Assembly (NCBI RefSeq): GCF_000142905.1
Contig: NW_013657659.1
Span: 1-64,000, forward strand
Length of the DNA: 64,000 nucleotides
Direction: 5' to 3'
Origin: Thecamonas trahens ATCC 50062
Lineage: Eukaryota > Protista > Apusomonadida
The first letter of the stretch is position 1. Each line of letters begins with the position of its first letter. The translations under genes were made by a program, and so were the position numbers. Of this stretch, positions 11,533-23,517 are shown one piece after another. The notes under the pieces were generated by a model, which worked only from the letters and a program-made list of their open reading frames with translations, had not been told where the DNA came from and did not search any database.

Positions 11533-14500
11533 ATGCGAGTGTGGGGAGTGGTGTACGGGTGGCTCTGTGTGGCGCTGATTGTCAGCAGCAGCAGCGGTAT
11601 GGCATATGCAAGGTGTACTTCGTCGGAGGAATGCGACAGCGAATCGGTGTGCGTTCCATCGGCTGGAGGATGTATACCATTGGTATCTGTCCACGCCCTG
11701 CCTCAAGCACATGCATACTTTGAACCATGGGCTGGTGTCTTTCTCGCTGTTGCTATTGCGCTTGTTTGCTGTTGTGCTGTTCTTCTTCCTCAACTCTCTT
11801 CCTTTGGTATCAACTCTTGCTGGCCTCATCGATGGGCAAGAGTCCGCACCACGGATGTGGCTTGGTGCGCAACCATGGCTATCGTTGTCGCTACTGCTGC
11901 ATTTACTCTCGCTCTATTGGTCTTCTCTTCTGCCATCGTCGATGATCCGCTACCGCCTCTGGCTACCGCTCAGCATGTGCCAGGAACCAACTGTTCGGTC
12001 CTGGAAGACGAGACGTGCTCCCCGCTCAAGTGCGATACTCGCCTCTCAACCTGTCTCGCCGCCTGCACCGCTGACTCGCATTGTATGGTGCCCACACGAT
12101 GCCACACTCCGACCGGTGAATGCATTATCGACATGCGCTCGCCGTCCGTCCCGGGTGTGCGGAAGCGGCTTGTCTCTCCGTGGGTGGCCGCTTTTGTTGC
12201 CATTGCCGCCGGCGGGCTCATCACCGCGATTGCGCTCGTCGTCATCATTCTATACGCCTACTCGCGGACTCATCCGATTGTCATTCTCGGCCTTGCGCTC
12301 CTCATTGGCCTCACCGTAGCAACCACCATCGGCGTCTCGCTGGGGACCCGGTCGGTGGCGATTACCTACCCGCTGGCACCCAAGTCGATCCGCCCGACAC
12401 CGCGGGCTCCGCCGCCGCCACCTGCACCCGGCCCGCAAGCGCCGCCGCCGCCGCCGCCGCCGCCGCGCCCGCTCCCGGTGCCGTGCAAGGCGTCGCCACC
12501 ATGTGCGCCATACTACTGCGCCATGGGCACCGGCTTTTGCTTTGACTACTGCGCCGAGAACGACCACTGCATTAGCGGATACAAGTGCGAGGGCGATGCC
12601 TGCGTGCCCGAGTCGCACGGAACGACCGGGCTGGAGGAACCATCGGTCCGCCCGCTGGTGGCGATAGTCCTCGGGTGTGTCGTTGCCCTCACCATTTCGT
12701 CGTGCATGTTCTGCATTCTGTACACCTTGTCGCGCCGGCGGCATGGCGGATACGTTCCGCGATCGCGGAGCCGTGGCTTCCGGCTCATTGCCGGCTCGAT
12801 CTGCATGCTGCTGGCGGTGGTGGTGAGTGGGGCGCTTCTGGCGATGACCGTGCCTGTTGAGCCGCCTCTAGCTTTCGACCCGACCAACACGACTGCTGTC
12901 CACGATGGCAGCGGCAATGGGACGCTGGCCGCGGCCCGGCCACCGCTGTGCGAGGTGCTCCGCGCCGACGTGTGTGCGCCATATGTGTGCGACCTGCGGG
13001 TCTCGGGCTGCTTTACCACGTGCGACGTCGACGACCAGTGCGTGGCGGGGACGACGTGCTCGGGTGGGGCGTGCGTGTCGAACACCGAGCCCGGCAAGCT
13101 CTCTGCACGGCGCTACCCGGCGTGGCTGGCCGCGAGCATCGCGGTTTCTGCCGGCGTGGTGTTTGGGCTTGCCGTCCTCGCTGCTGGCTGCGGGCTATGG
13201 CCAGTCTCACTCCGGCGGCCGCTGCATGAGCTGCGGGCCAACGCCGATGTGTTTTTGGCGATTGTGGGGCAGGCGCTTTGCTGCTTTGCCTTTGTGGTGT
13301 TTGTGGTGGGCATCACGCTTGGCGTTCTCGTCACCTCGCACAATCCTCTGCTGGCAACCTCGACCGAGCGGCCCATCGCTGCAGGCGGCCCGGATTTAAC
13401 GCCACGTGCAGTTATCTCCGCGACCCGGCGTGCTCGCGCTTGGGTTATCTGTGCGACGTTCGTGTGGCGGCGTGCTTTCCGTCGTGCGAGTCGTCGCTGG
13501 AGTGTGCGCCGGAGCACGGGTGCGAGCGTGGCGCGTGTGTGCGGATCACGTCGCAGCAAGCGGTCAAACCGCTGCTAGGATCTGCGGTGACGGTGCTGGC
13601 GGTGGTGGCTCTGGTGGTGGTGGTGGTGGTGGCGACGGCGTGGCTCGGCCTCGGCGCCAACTGCGCGCATCGGATCATGTATGGGATTCCGCTGGAAAAG
13701 TCGGCGGCGCTGGTGGTGGTTGGCCTCGCCGCAGGCCTGCTCGGGCTTGTGGTCATCGGGCTGCCGGTCTCGTACGCGCGCAGCAAGGTCGAGCTCCCGC
13801 AGTCGCTTCCGCGATCGCCGCACGCTGTGTGCGGGCCGCGGCCAGACGACTCGCGTTGCTTTCCATACGCGTGCGATCCGCATGCAGAGCGGTGCCTTGT
13901 GGGCTGCCAGACGAACGCCCACTGCGTGACCGGCAACCTCGAGCAGCCGCACCGATGTGCTCGCGATGGGCGATGCGTGGCCGTGTCCGGCTCGACCGCG
14001 ATTGGAACGCCTCAGGATGCGTGGGGTGTGGGCGTGGGTGCCACAGTTCTCACAGCTCTGGTGCTGGTGTTGGTCCTCCTCCCGCGGTGCCGGCGGTTGT
14101 ACCTTGGCTACCGCGCCCAACGCGAGGAGCAGGTTCGGACCGCGCGACAGGAGGCACTGTCAGAGGAGATGGCCAAGTTTGCCGACGTGCCGCCGGCGAT
14201 GCTTGACGTGGTGCCGGGCGGGAGGCGCGCGAGCGAGGAGGGCAGCGAGGATAACGAAGAAGGCGAGGCCGACACTGCCAATGATGTTCCTCTTCAGGTG
14301 CTCGAGTCGATGTCGCGGTCGAGCGCGAGCGACGAGAGCGCAAGCGCGAGCACAACGAGCGACCACAATCTGCAGGTGTGTGTTGCAGCAGAGGCCGGTG
14401 GGGTAGGCCGGCTGTCGGCTGGCACGACCTCGAGCTCTTTGCTCAGCCGCGACGAGGCAAGTGTGGCGCCTGCACCCGAGTGTGTGGTGTGCATGTTTGA

Positions 14501-15758
14501 GGCCGGACAGGTGCAGCTTGTGGGGCCGGGAGTGTGCGAGCACTTGCTCTGCACCGAGTGCGCGGTTGGGACGCTCAAGGCGGTGCTTGATGCGGGCCAG
14601 TTTCCGGCTGTCTGTCCGGGCTGTCTCGCCGAGTCTGGCGCGTCGATGCGGCCCAGAGAGCTGCCGTTGGCGCAGCGCGTAACCGCCGACGCGGTGGAGG
14701 CGCTTGTTGTCGCGGGGGCAGTGGACGAGGACTTTGCGCGGCGGTTCATCATCAACATGGTGCTTGCGGCGCTTCCGTCGACAGAGACGATCTCGTGTCC
14801 CGGATGCTCACTGCTGAGCTTGCGGCCGGGGCGGGAGCAGCCCGAGGTTGCGGCCAAGCTTGCTTCTAGCTCTGCAGCGATGCGCGCGCGGGCGACGGCG
14901 GCCGAGTGCTGGCACTGCAAGGCCGAGTTTTGCGGTGAGTGCGGCATTCTGTGGGCGGGCCATCGTGGTGTCTCGTGCACAGAGGCGGCAAACGGCCGGG
15001 GTGGGCGGATGGAGGATGTGGCGTCGCGGGATCTTGTGGTAGCGACATCCAAGCCGTGTCCCAACTGTGGGGCGCCTGTAGCACACGCGGCGTTCCACGC
15101 CTGCCACCACATTACGTGCGCGTGCGGCTACGGGTTCTGCATCGTGTGCCTGGAGCGGCATCCTTGCCCACGCGAGGGACACGGGCTCTTCTGCACCTCC
15201 GGCTGCGACTGCGTGGTGTGCTACGAGTGTCGCCCAGGCGCGCCGTGCCCAGCCTGCCCGGGACCGCCCAACTGCCCGGCGTGCGATCCGCGCGGGCCCA
15301 ACGCGGCACGGCTGCCCGAGGGTCACCCGTCTCTGCGGATTGTGGAGGAGCAGGAAGCAGCGGCGGCAGCGGCGGCAGAGGAGACCGGAGTGACCGCGGA
15401 CGGCGCGGCGCCGCCGCCGCCGCAAGGCGATGCCAATGACCCGGTGCGACTCTCGTTTGCGCAGATGCTCCTCACACTCCGCGAGCTGGTACAGAACCTG
15501 CAGCGGCCGGATGCGCTGGCCGGCGGTGGCACTGGCGACGAAGAGACCGGCGACGGCAACGCCGGTGAGCCCAATGAGGCTGGGCCGTCGATCCCCCCGA
15601 ACAACGGTGTGACACGTACCGACGAGGAGCAGCTGGCGCTTGATCAGTTCCAGGCCGTCACTGGCGCGCCGCGCATCTCTGCGCTCCGCCTTCTCCGCAT
15701 CCATGGCTGGGACGTGACCGAGGCCGTGGATGGTTGGTTTGAAAGCGGCCGCGGATGA
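11533..15758 (+). CDS. Polytopic membrane protein with repeated extracellular Cys-rich modules, RBR (RING1-IBR-RING2) E3 ligase and C-terminal UBA-like domain; one -1 frame break near 13392
   Basis: ORFs 11533..13578 and 13278..15758 continue the same [8-Cys module + TM hairpin] periodicity across ~13392. RING1 CVVC..CEHLLCTEC..CPGC; IBR CPGC..CWHCKAEFCGEC..H..SC; RING2 KPCPNCG..ACHHITCACGYGFCIVC; UBA-like LDQFQAVTG..ALRLLRIHGWDVTEAVDGWFE. Confidence 0.85.
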
Positions 15759-15926
15759 TGAGCTCAGCTGTCTGCAAAGTAACACGCACGTCTCCCCTCT
15801 CTCACTCTCTTCTGTTGTTTGGCTGCCTGTCTGCTGCCACTGCCCCGTGTGTGGTCGGTCGGCCGACCGAATTGCCACGACCGCTCGCACGCCACGCGAC
15901 TCGACTCGCGCCAGCTGTGGCTGGGC

Positions 15927-17179
15927 ATGGCAGGAGCTGGTACCAACCCATGGACCATAGCCGCGAGCATGGCAGGTATGGGAGATGAGGAAAGGACCGG
16001 GGCATGCCTGTTGCAACGAGCGGCGAGTGGAGACGGTGGTGTCGGTGGCTGTCGTGGCGGTGGGGCAGAAGCTGCCGCTGCTGAGGATCAGGTCGGCCAA
16101 GCTGCCGCTGCTGAGGATCAAAGCACGCAAGGCGCTGTTTCTGTTGATCGCACCATGCAAGGCAACCCTGGGGATCTGATACCGCAACAACAATCCACTT
16201 CCCATCACGCGGTTAGCGGACACGGCACTGAGCCGCCGCAAGACTGCGAGCCAGGACTAGGCGGTGAGCCAGGACTAGGCGGCGAGCCAGGACTAGGCGG
16301 CGAGCCAGGACTAGGCGGCGAGCCAGGACTAGGCGGCGAGCCAGGACTAGGCGGCGAGCCAGGACTAGGCGGCGAGCCAGGACTAGGCGGCGAGCCAGGA
16401 CTAGGCGGCGAGCCAGGACTAGGCGGCGATCCAGGACTAGGCTGCGAGCCAGGACTAGGCGACGAGCCAGGACTAGGCGACGAGCCAGGACTAGGCGGCG
16501 ATCCAGGACTAGGCTGCGAGCCAGGACTAGGCGACGAGCCAGGACTAGGCGACGAGCCAGGACTAGGCGACGAGCCAGGACTAGGCGGCGAGCCAGGACT
16601 GGGGCTGGGGCTCAGACTGATCCCGATCACCACCGAGTGCGCTGACGACGATGAGGTGGTTGCCTTTGTGCTAGAACTGTTTGGCTGCGAGCGCGTGGTG
16701 CGATACTTGCGGATGCAGCCACTGACCCAAGAGTCCGAGGCCACTGCCATGCTCAGGCTGCTAGCGGCAAGGCCCGTGCCGCATGTCGGCGCCTGGATCG
16801 TGGCGGACAGCACAGGCAGGCTCGGCATGGTCCAGCTAGAAAACACTCGCTGAGTCAGGGTCTTGAGGTCGGCATTGCCGTTCTTCCGCAGGCCCAAGGC
16901 CGCGGCGTGGCATCGGCTGCCGTCCACGCCGTCTTGGCTCAGCTGCCAGCAGACAACCCGCCGGCGATCGCTGCCTCGGTCTACGCCGAAAACGCTGGCG
17001 GCCTTGCCCTCATGTCCCGCCTGGGCTTTGAGCAGCTCCCAGTACGCAAGAAGCGCAAGCCATCATGGCACCAGCGCCGCTCCACGACCTCAACCCTCCT
17101 CCACTTTGCACTCCCACAGCGATCATCTCCCCGACGACCGAGCCGCCCAACTGCAACTGCCCCAACAGCGCCTCGCTAA
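15927..17179 (+). CDS. GNAT (RimJ/RimL-like) N-acetyltransferase with N-terminal (GEPGLG)n repeat; -1 frame break at 16840-16843
   Basis: After the break the -1 frame reads LEVGIAVLPQAQGRGVASAAV...VYAENAGGLALMSRLGF (acetyl-CoA-binding QGRG motif and N..LGF motif). The start codon is uncertain. Confidence 0.75.
16245..16604 (+). repeat. 18-bp coding minisatellite (GGCGAGCCAGGACTAGGC), about 20 copies
   Basis: Directly visible. Variant units (GD/C/D/D) repeat as a 72-bp higher-order block. Confidence 0.97.
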
Positions 17180-17441
17180 CTCTCTCCCGGTCGATCAACT
17201 GGAAATCATAACCCTCTCCCCCCCCCCCGCCCCCCCCCCCGCTCCAGCCCTCATGATCAACACCATCAACTCATGCCTCCAACCCCAAGCCCACAAGCTG
17301 TAGAGATCGGGGAAGAGATGGCGGGTGGCAAACTGTTCCTCAACACACCCGCATTCGCTCCTCAGGACGTTTTTGCCTCAACGTGCGCACACTTGAGTCT
17401 CTCTCTCTTACCCTCTCCCCCCCCCCCCTGTCCAATCCTAC

Positions 17442-18717
17442 ATGTCTGACTCTTCTTCTCTTGGTTGCATTCTGGTTGCCGGCGGTAGGTACAACACTTT
17501 GCATAGCTTTCCCTCTTCCCATGACTGTCTGCTCGTCCTTGTTCGTCTCGGTGACGTGGCTGGTAGCACAGGCGCTGTGCTGCTTGCGGATCAGACGAGG
17601 AACAAGGTGGAGTGGATGGCGGGTGGGGGGTGGAGATAGGGGTGGGAAAAATTGTTTCCGTACCCGAATTGTATCCGCCCAAAAACTCACACCGCTATCT
17701 CTCTACCTCCCAGGTGCCGGCTACATCGGCTCGCACACGGTGGTGTGCCTGCTTGAGGCTGGTTACGAGGTGGTGGTTGTGGACAACCTTTCCAACTCGT
17801 CCAAGGTAGCGCTCGACCGGGTGGAGCAGATCACGGGCAAGAGCGTGACGTTCTACAAGGCGGATCTGTGCGACGACGGAGCGCTGGAGCCCATTTTCGA
17901 GGCGCATACCTTTGAGGCTGCCATCCACTTTGCCGGCCTGAAGTCTGTCTCCGAGTCTGTGGCCGATCCGATCCACTACTACCGGACCAACATCGTGTCG
18001 TCGCTCAACCTGGTGACGACCATGGCGAAGCACGGGTGCAAGAAGCTTGTGTTCTCGTCGTCGGCGACGGTCTACGGCGACCCTCAGTACCTCCCGATCG
18101 ACGAGGCTCACCCGCTGGCGATCGATACCGACTCGCCGTACGGTGCGACGAAGCTCATGATCGAGCGCATCCTGCAGGACGTGCACCGCTCGGACCCCGA
18201 GTGGAAGATCATCATGCTGCGGTACTTTAACCCGACCGGCGCCCACGAGTCCGGCCTCATCGGCGAGGACCCGGTCGGCCCGCCGGCCAACCTCCTGCCG
18301 TTTGTCTGCCAGGTTGCCGTCGGCCGCCGCGAGAAGCTCATGGTCTTTGGCTCGGACTACCCGACCGACGACGGCTCGGGCAAGCGCGACTTTATCCACG
18401 TTGTCGACCTCTCCGACGCCCACGTCGCCGCCGTCAAGGCCCTGCCCAACGTCTCCATCGAGGCCGTCAACGTCGGCACCGGCAAGTCCACGTCGGTCCT
18501 CGAGCTCCACGCCGCCATGGAGGCTGTCGTCGGCAAGCCGATCCCCTACGAGATGGCCGCCCGCCGCCCGGGCGACATCTGCGAGTGCTACGCCTCGTGC
18601 GGCAAGGCCAAGGAGGTCCTCGGCGGCTGGGAGGCCAAGTTTGGCATCAGCGACATCTGCGAGTCGGCCTGGCGCTGGCAGTCACAGAACCCGCAGGGCT
18701 ATGCCGACCAGGCTTGA
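17442..18717 (+). CDS. GALE: UDP-glucose 4-epimerase; exons 17442-17484 and 17714-18717
   Basis: Splicing GTAGGT...CCCAG gives ILVAGGAGYIGSH. HFAGLK, FSSSATVYG, PYGATK and LRYFNP motifs are present. Confidence 0.97.
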
Positions 18718-18882
18718 TTCTCATCCCCGCCGCGGATGGCACGCCGGCCAAGTCTCTGCCGTGACATCATCATTAATCGTGAAAAAAACAAACAAGTTCA
18801 ACGAGTGGCTCGACTGCGAATCGCTCTCCCGTCCAGCACCTCACCCACCGCACAGCCAGCAGCGTTTCCAAGGCCACACACC

Positions 18883-19824
18883 ATGTCCTGGCTCGAGGTT
18901 GGCAAGCGTGTGCGGGTCAACGGTGCCTCAGGCACCGTGCGCTTCCTCGGCTACACCCAGTTCTCCAAGGAAAAGGTCGAGTTTGTTGGCGTCGAGCACG
19001 ACGAGGCCATTGTACGTACTAGCCACTGCCTCGCCACCCGACTTGCGCCAACGATCGTGTCGGGCGGACCTGCCCCGGTACAGTGCGCAACAGCATGTGT
19101 AAAATTTTATGTCACACTCACCCCCCCCCCCCACCACACACACACACCACACCCCTTCTTACGCACAGGGCAAGCACAATGGAACGGTCCGTGGCGTGGC
19201 CTACTTTACAACTGCGCCCAACTGCGCCAAGTTCTACCAGCGCTACGGCGGGAGTGCACAGTTTGAGCGGGACTTGCCCAAGATGACGCACTCGTCCAGG
19301 ACGGCGAGGGCGCCGGCGCTAGACAACTCGATTTTTCTCAAGACCTACTCACCCATGGACGACGTAGCTGTCCGGCGAGTCCCGCTTGCGCCAAAGTCTG
19401 CCACACGGCATGCAATGTTCTCGCCGGCCAAACCGCGGCCCGCGTCCGGCGCAGCGTCGGCGCCGGCACTGTCGCCTGCTCAGCGGCGCGCGGCCTACGC
19501 CCGGACCATCCCGCGGCCGGAGCAACAGGGCGTGTTCTCCGGCGAGGCGCCGGCGTCGTCGCCGGCCGCGCTCCGTCGCAAGCTCATTGCCGTTCGAGAG
19601 ATCCTCTCCGCCGATCCGTTCTACACCACCGCCGCCGCAGGCATCGCCAACTCGGAGGTCAAGCGCCGCAAGGCCGCGTCGCGAGCCGCACTCTCCGCCG
19701 AGAACAAGCGCAAGCGCGACGCGGCCCGCGCCCGCGTCCGCACCCGCAAGCGCGTCCGCACTCGTGTCCATCGCGAGCAAGATTCAAAGCCGTCCCACTC
19801 CCGGTCCGAGGCCCAGACTGACCA

Positions 19825-19866
<42 letters not shown>

Positions 19867-21454
19867 ACCGCGGCCGCACAGGTCGTCGGCCTCGCGTCCG
19901 TCTCGCCGCCGGCACACGCCACCACCTCCGTCGTCGAACTCCGACTCGGACGATGGCGATCCGGCTACCGAGGCATCGCCCAAGGCCCACCCTCTGGCGC
20001 CCGGCCCTAATGCTACCGACGAGGCCTCGCCCAAGCGGCGCAAGGTCTACCACATCCACCACCGGACCGGGGAGGTCGAGGTCACGTACTCGAAGCCTGT
20101 TGGCATCAAGTCTGGCTCGCCAGACCACCACCACCACCACCACCACCATCACCACAACTCCGCCCACCCCTCCCACGATGCTCGGTCGACCTCTGACGGC
20201 ACCGCGCCGGTAGCGGAGGCAGAGCCAGCTCCTGCGCCAGCTCCCGCGCCAGCTCCGGCCCCTATCTCACCGAACGCTTCAACTCGCTCGGGCGCCTCAC
20301 ACACCCGCAAGTCCAAGTCGAAGCGGTCGTGGGTCCCGGCCGACCTTGTGGGCAAGTCAAAGGACGAGATGACGCCCGAGGAGCGCAAGCGGTACAACAA
20401 GGCCAAGAAGGCATCAATGACGCCCGAAGAGTGGAAGGCAAAGAAGGCGGCGTCGATGAAGCGGCGCGCGGCGCGTGCGGCCACCTCGGTGTCCGACGCC
20501 GGGCTTTCAGAAGACGTCGCGCCAGGCGGAAGCGCCTCGAGCGTCCAACGGCACGTGCCCGAGCCGGTGGACGTCGACGAGCCGCCTGCGCTCGTCTCGG
20601 CCCCGTCGGTCCAGTTCCACGCACTCAAGAAGGACATCCTCATTCCGTTTGACGACGCCGACTCGGACATCGACTCGGACGACGAGCCGCCCACCGACAC
20701 CTCGACATCGTCCAAGATCCTTCCGCCCAACCCGGCGTTCTCGCTCCACGAGGACCTCTGGATCCCGCCGGAGCTCTCGACAACGCCCAAGACTGAGTTT
20801 ACTGCTGACGAGCGGGCGCACTACGTCCGGGCACGCAACTCGTATCTGGCCGACCACTACGCCGCTTCCGAGCGCTCGCTCATCCGGGCGTGGTACAACG
20901 GCAAGGCGGCGGCGCACAACGCGGCACTTGCGGCGTCTGAGCGGTCCCGACCGCAGTCGCCGGTGGACAACGACACGCCGCAACAGTGTTACGTGTGCGC
21001 CACACGGCCCATCGACCCGGACCGCGATCTCCACTGGCTCCCGTGCAAGCACCACCAGGTCTGCTCCGGCTGCCGGTCGCTGCCGCACCTGCGGTGCGCT
21101 ACATGCAAGCTTGCCGAGGCTGCTGCCCTCGAGGCCCTCGATCGAACGTGCCAGGCGTGCGGCGCGACCGAGAGCAAGCCGGGCGTCCAGCTCTCGCTCC
21201 TTGAGTGCAAGCACGGCTACTTCTGCGCTGGCTGCCACGCCGCCCCGCAGTTTTCTTGCATCCGCTGCGTCCGCCTCATGCGCCAGCGCTCGCTCTCAGT
21301 CATCCGCGAGTGTGCTGTCTGCCAGGCGACGGACCCCAAGCTGCTGCGGCGGACCGAGTGCGGCCACGCGTTCCTCTGCAAGGGCTGCGCCACCCTCCCG
21401 CAGTGGAGCTGCCGCGAGTGTGCCCACAACGTGCCGCCTATTGTTTCTCCGTGA
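18883..21454 (+). CDS. CAP-Gly domain protein with long disordered linker and three C-terminal RING-like zinc fingers; exons 18883-19011 and 19169-21454
   Basis: Splicing GTACGT...CACAG restores CAP-Gly GTVRFLG...FVGVEHDEAI|GKHNGTVRGVAYF. The C-terminus has three CxxC...CxH..CxxC..CxxC units. Confidence 0.85.
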
Positions 21455-21533
21455 TTCTTTCACGATCCATAAAGCAATCCGCCCTGCAGCGTAGTGTGTT
21501 TGTTTTGTTTACCTTTCTTCCGCGCGCTCGCCC

Positions 21534-23364
21534 TCAATCAAAGGGGCTCGCCTCGCTGCCGCCGCGCTTGGACGGCGGGACAAGGTTGGCCGGGAGCGCA
21601 GTCGGGAGCGGCGAGCCAGGCGCGTTCTTCTTCTGCTGGAGGAGGTGCATGCAGACAGCAAACTCGTCCGCGTCGAGATGGCCGTCGCGATCGATGTCGG
21701 CAAGGGTCCAGATGTCGCGGAGAGTGGTCGTGTCGAGCTTGGAGGCGACCATGGCCGGCTTGGCTGACGCGCCAGAGAGCTTGCCGGCGACCGGACCCAT
21801 CTTGACAAAGTAGGAGTCCCACTTTTGCTTCTCCTCCGGCCCGATGGCCCAGTCCGAGTCCGATGCGCCAAACGGGTTGGGCGGCGGCGACGACGGACCG
21901 GCGCCGTCGTCGACAGGCGCAATAAGTTCCAGCAGCTGCGGAATGTCTGCCGCGAGAACGCTGTTCATCGACTCAATCATCGACATGTTGAGCTTGGGGA
22001 ACTTGTTGAACTCGTACTCTGCTGCGCGGGCCTTGAACCGCTCGAGGTCCGGAAAGTCGCCCGGTGGGAGCTGGTGCTGGCGCATGACAGTCTTGAAGAC
22101 CTCCAGCATGCCGTCGAGGAGCGCCTTCTGCTTCTTGCCCTTGCCGAACATCGACGGCATCTCGCCTCGGAGATGCGAGATGAGGAGCGCGTGAACCTTG
22201 ACCAGACGCGCGCGCTTGACAAGCTCATTGATCTTGCGAACGGCGGCGTTGCGCGGGAGGTAGCGGAGGTCAGCCATGAGGTCCTGCTCCTCGGCTTCAA
22301 ACAGCGCCTGGTTCTCCGAGTTGTGTAGCGGCTGGTCCCAGAACGAGCCGATGTAGACCCGGACCACCTCGGGCGTGGCAAAGACCTTGCCAAGCGACCA
22401 CATGAGCGCGCCGTAGACCCGCATCAGCTGCTGGGAGTTGACCATGTCCGACTTGTTGAGCACAACCCGGATCTTGTCGTCATGCCCGCGCAGCGCCTCG
22501 ATCGACCGCTTGAACTCATCAGAGATGTCGAGCTTGTGGGCATCAAAGAGGAGCAGAATGAGGTCCGATCGCTCCGCAAACCACTCGCACGTCTCCACAA
22601 AGTCGTACGTCCGCCCCAGCCGCTGCTTCTCGCCCGAAAGCACACCTGGCGTGTCGATGAACGTCACCTTTTCCAGGATCGGCGACGGGCACTCGGCAAC
22701 CTCAAACTTGGAGAGGAACGAGACGCCAAACTTGTCCAGGCCCTGGAACGGCTTGTCTTTGCGGATCGACGCCGCCGCTCCAGGAACAACCCGATCCTCC
22801 TCGCCGTACATCACCGCCACAAACCGGTCCGTCGTCGGCTCGGGCCCGATCCGCTGCGAAGGGAAGTCACGCTCGAGCATGTACCGGATGAACGACGTCT
22901 TGCCCACCGAGTACTGGCCCAGCAGCATCTGTTCGCTCGCCATCACATCATCCGCCGCATCACATACACACACACACACGCACACCACCCTGTTCATGAG
23001 ACCGCGCCCAAACCCACTCGCTTCCCTTCATCCAACGACCAAAACACATCAAAAAAAAAGGACACAGATCCTCAAGTGCCCAACACCATTCCCACCCCTA
23101 CCCCCCCCCCATCCACCGTCCCCCACCCCTCATCTCATCCACCGCATTGTTCTGATGCGCAGCAAGAGATCAAGTACGTACCACCATGGGAGCGGCTTCA
23201 AAGTCGGCATCTTCGAGAAGCGGCGAGTGAAACTGCTGAAACGAGTAGAGTTCCTCAACTGGGCGGATGCGAGTCTTGTACAACCTCTTCAGCTTCTCAA
23301 TGACTTCAGGATATGTCTCGACAGCATCCGATGACATGGCTGCCTTGTTGGAGATGGCCGCCAT
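21534..23364 (-). CDS. EHD1: EH-domain-containing dynamin-like ATPase (EHD family); exons 23364-23182 and 22928-21534
   Basis: PMV|MLLGQYSVGKT P-loop, IGPEPTTDRF, DTPGVLSGEKQ and C-terminal EH domain (IWTLADIDRDGHLDADEFAVCMHL). Intron is GTACGT...AACAG. Confidence 0.96.
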
Positions 23365-23460
23365 GATGTCGTTGTCGATGTCGATGTCACCGCCGGCACA
23401 ATGTGGTTGGCTATTGACGAATTGCTCAACAAAACAATCGTTGTCACTCGGAGAGGCAAG

Positions 23461-23517
23461 ACCGAGAGACCGAGAGACCGAGAGACCGAGAGACCGAGAG
23501 ACCGAGAGACCGAGAGA
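23461..23517. repeat. 8-bp tandem repeat (ACCGAGAG), about 7 copies, upstream of EHD start
   Basis: Directly visible. Confidence 0.95.
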
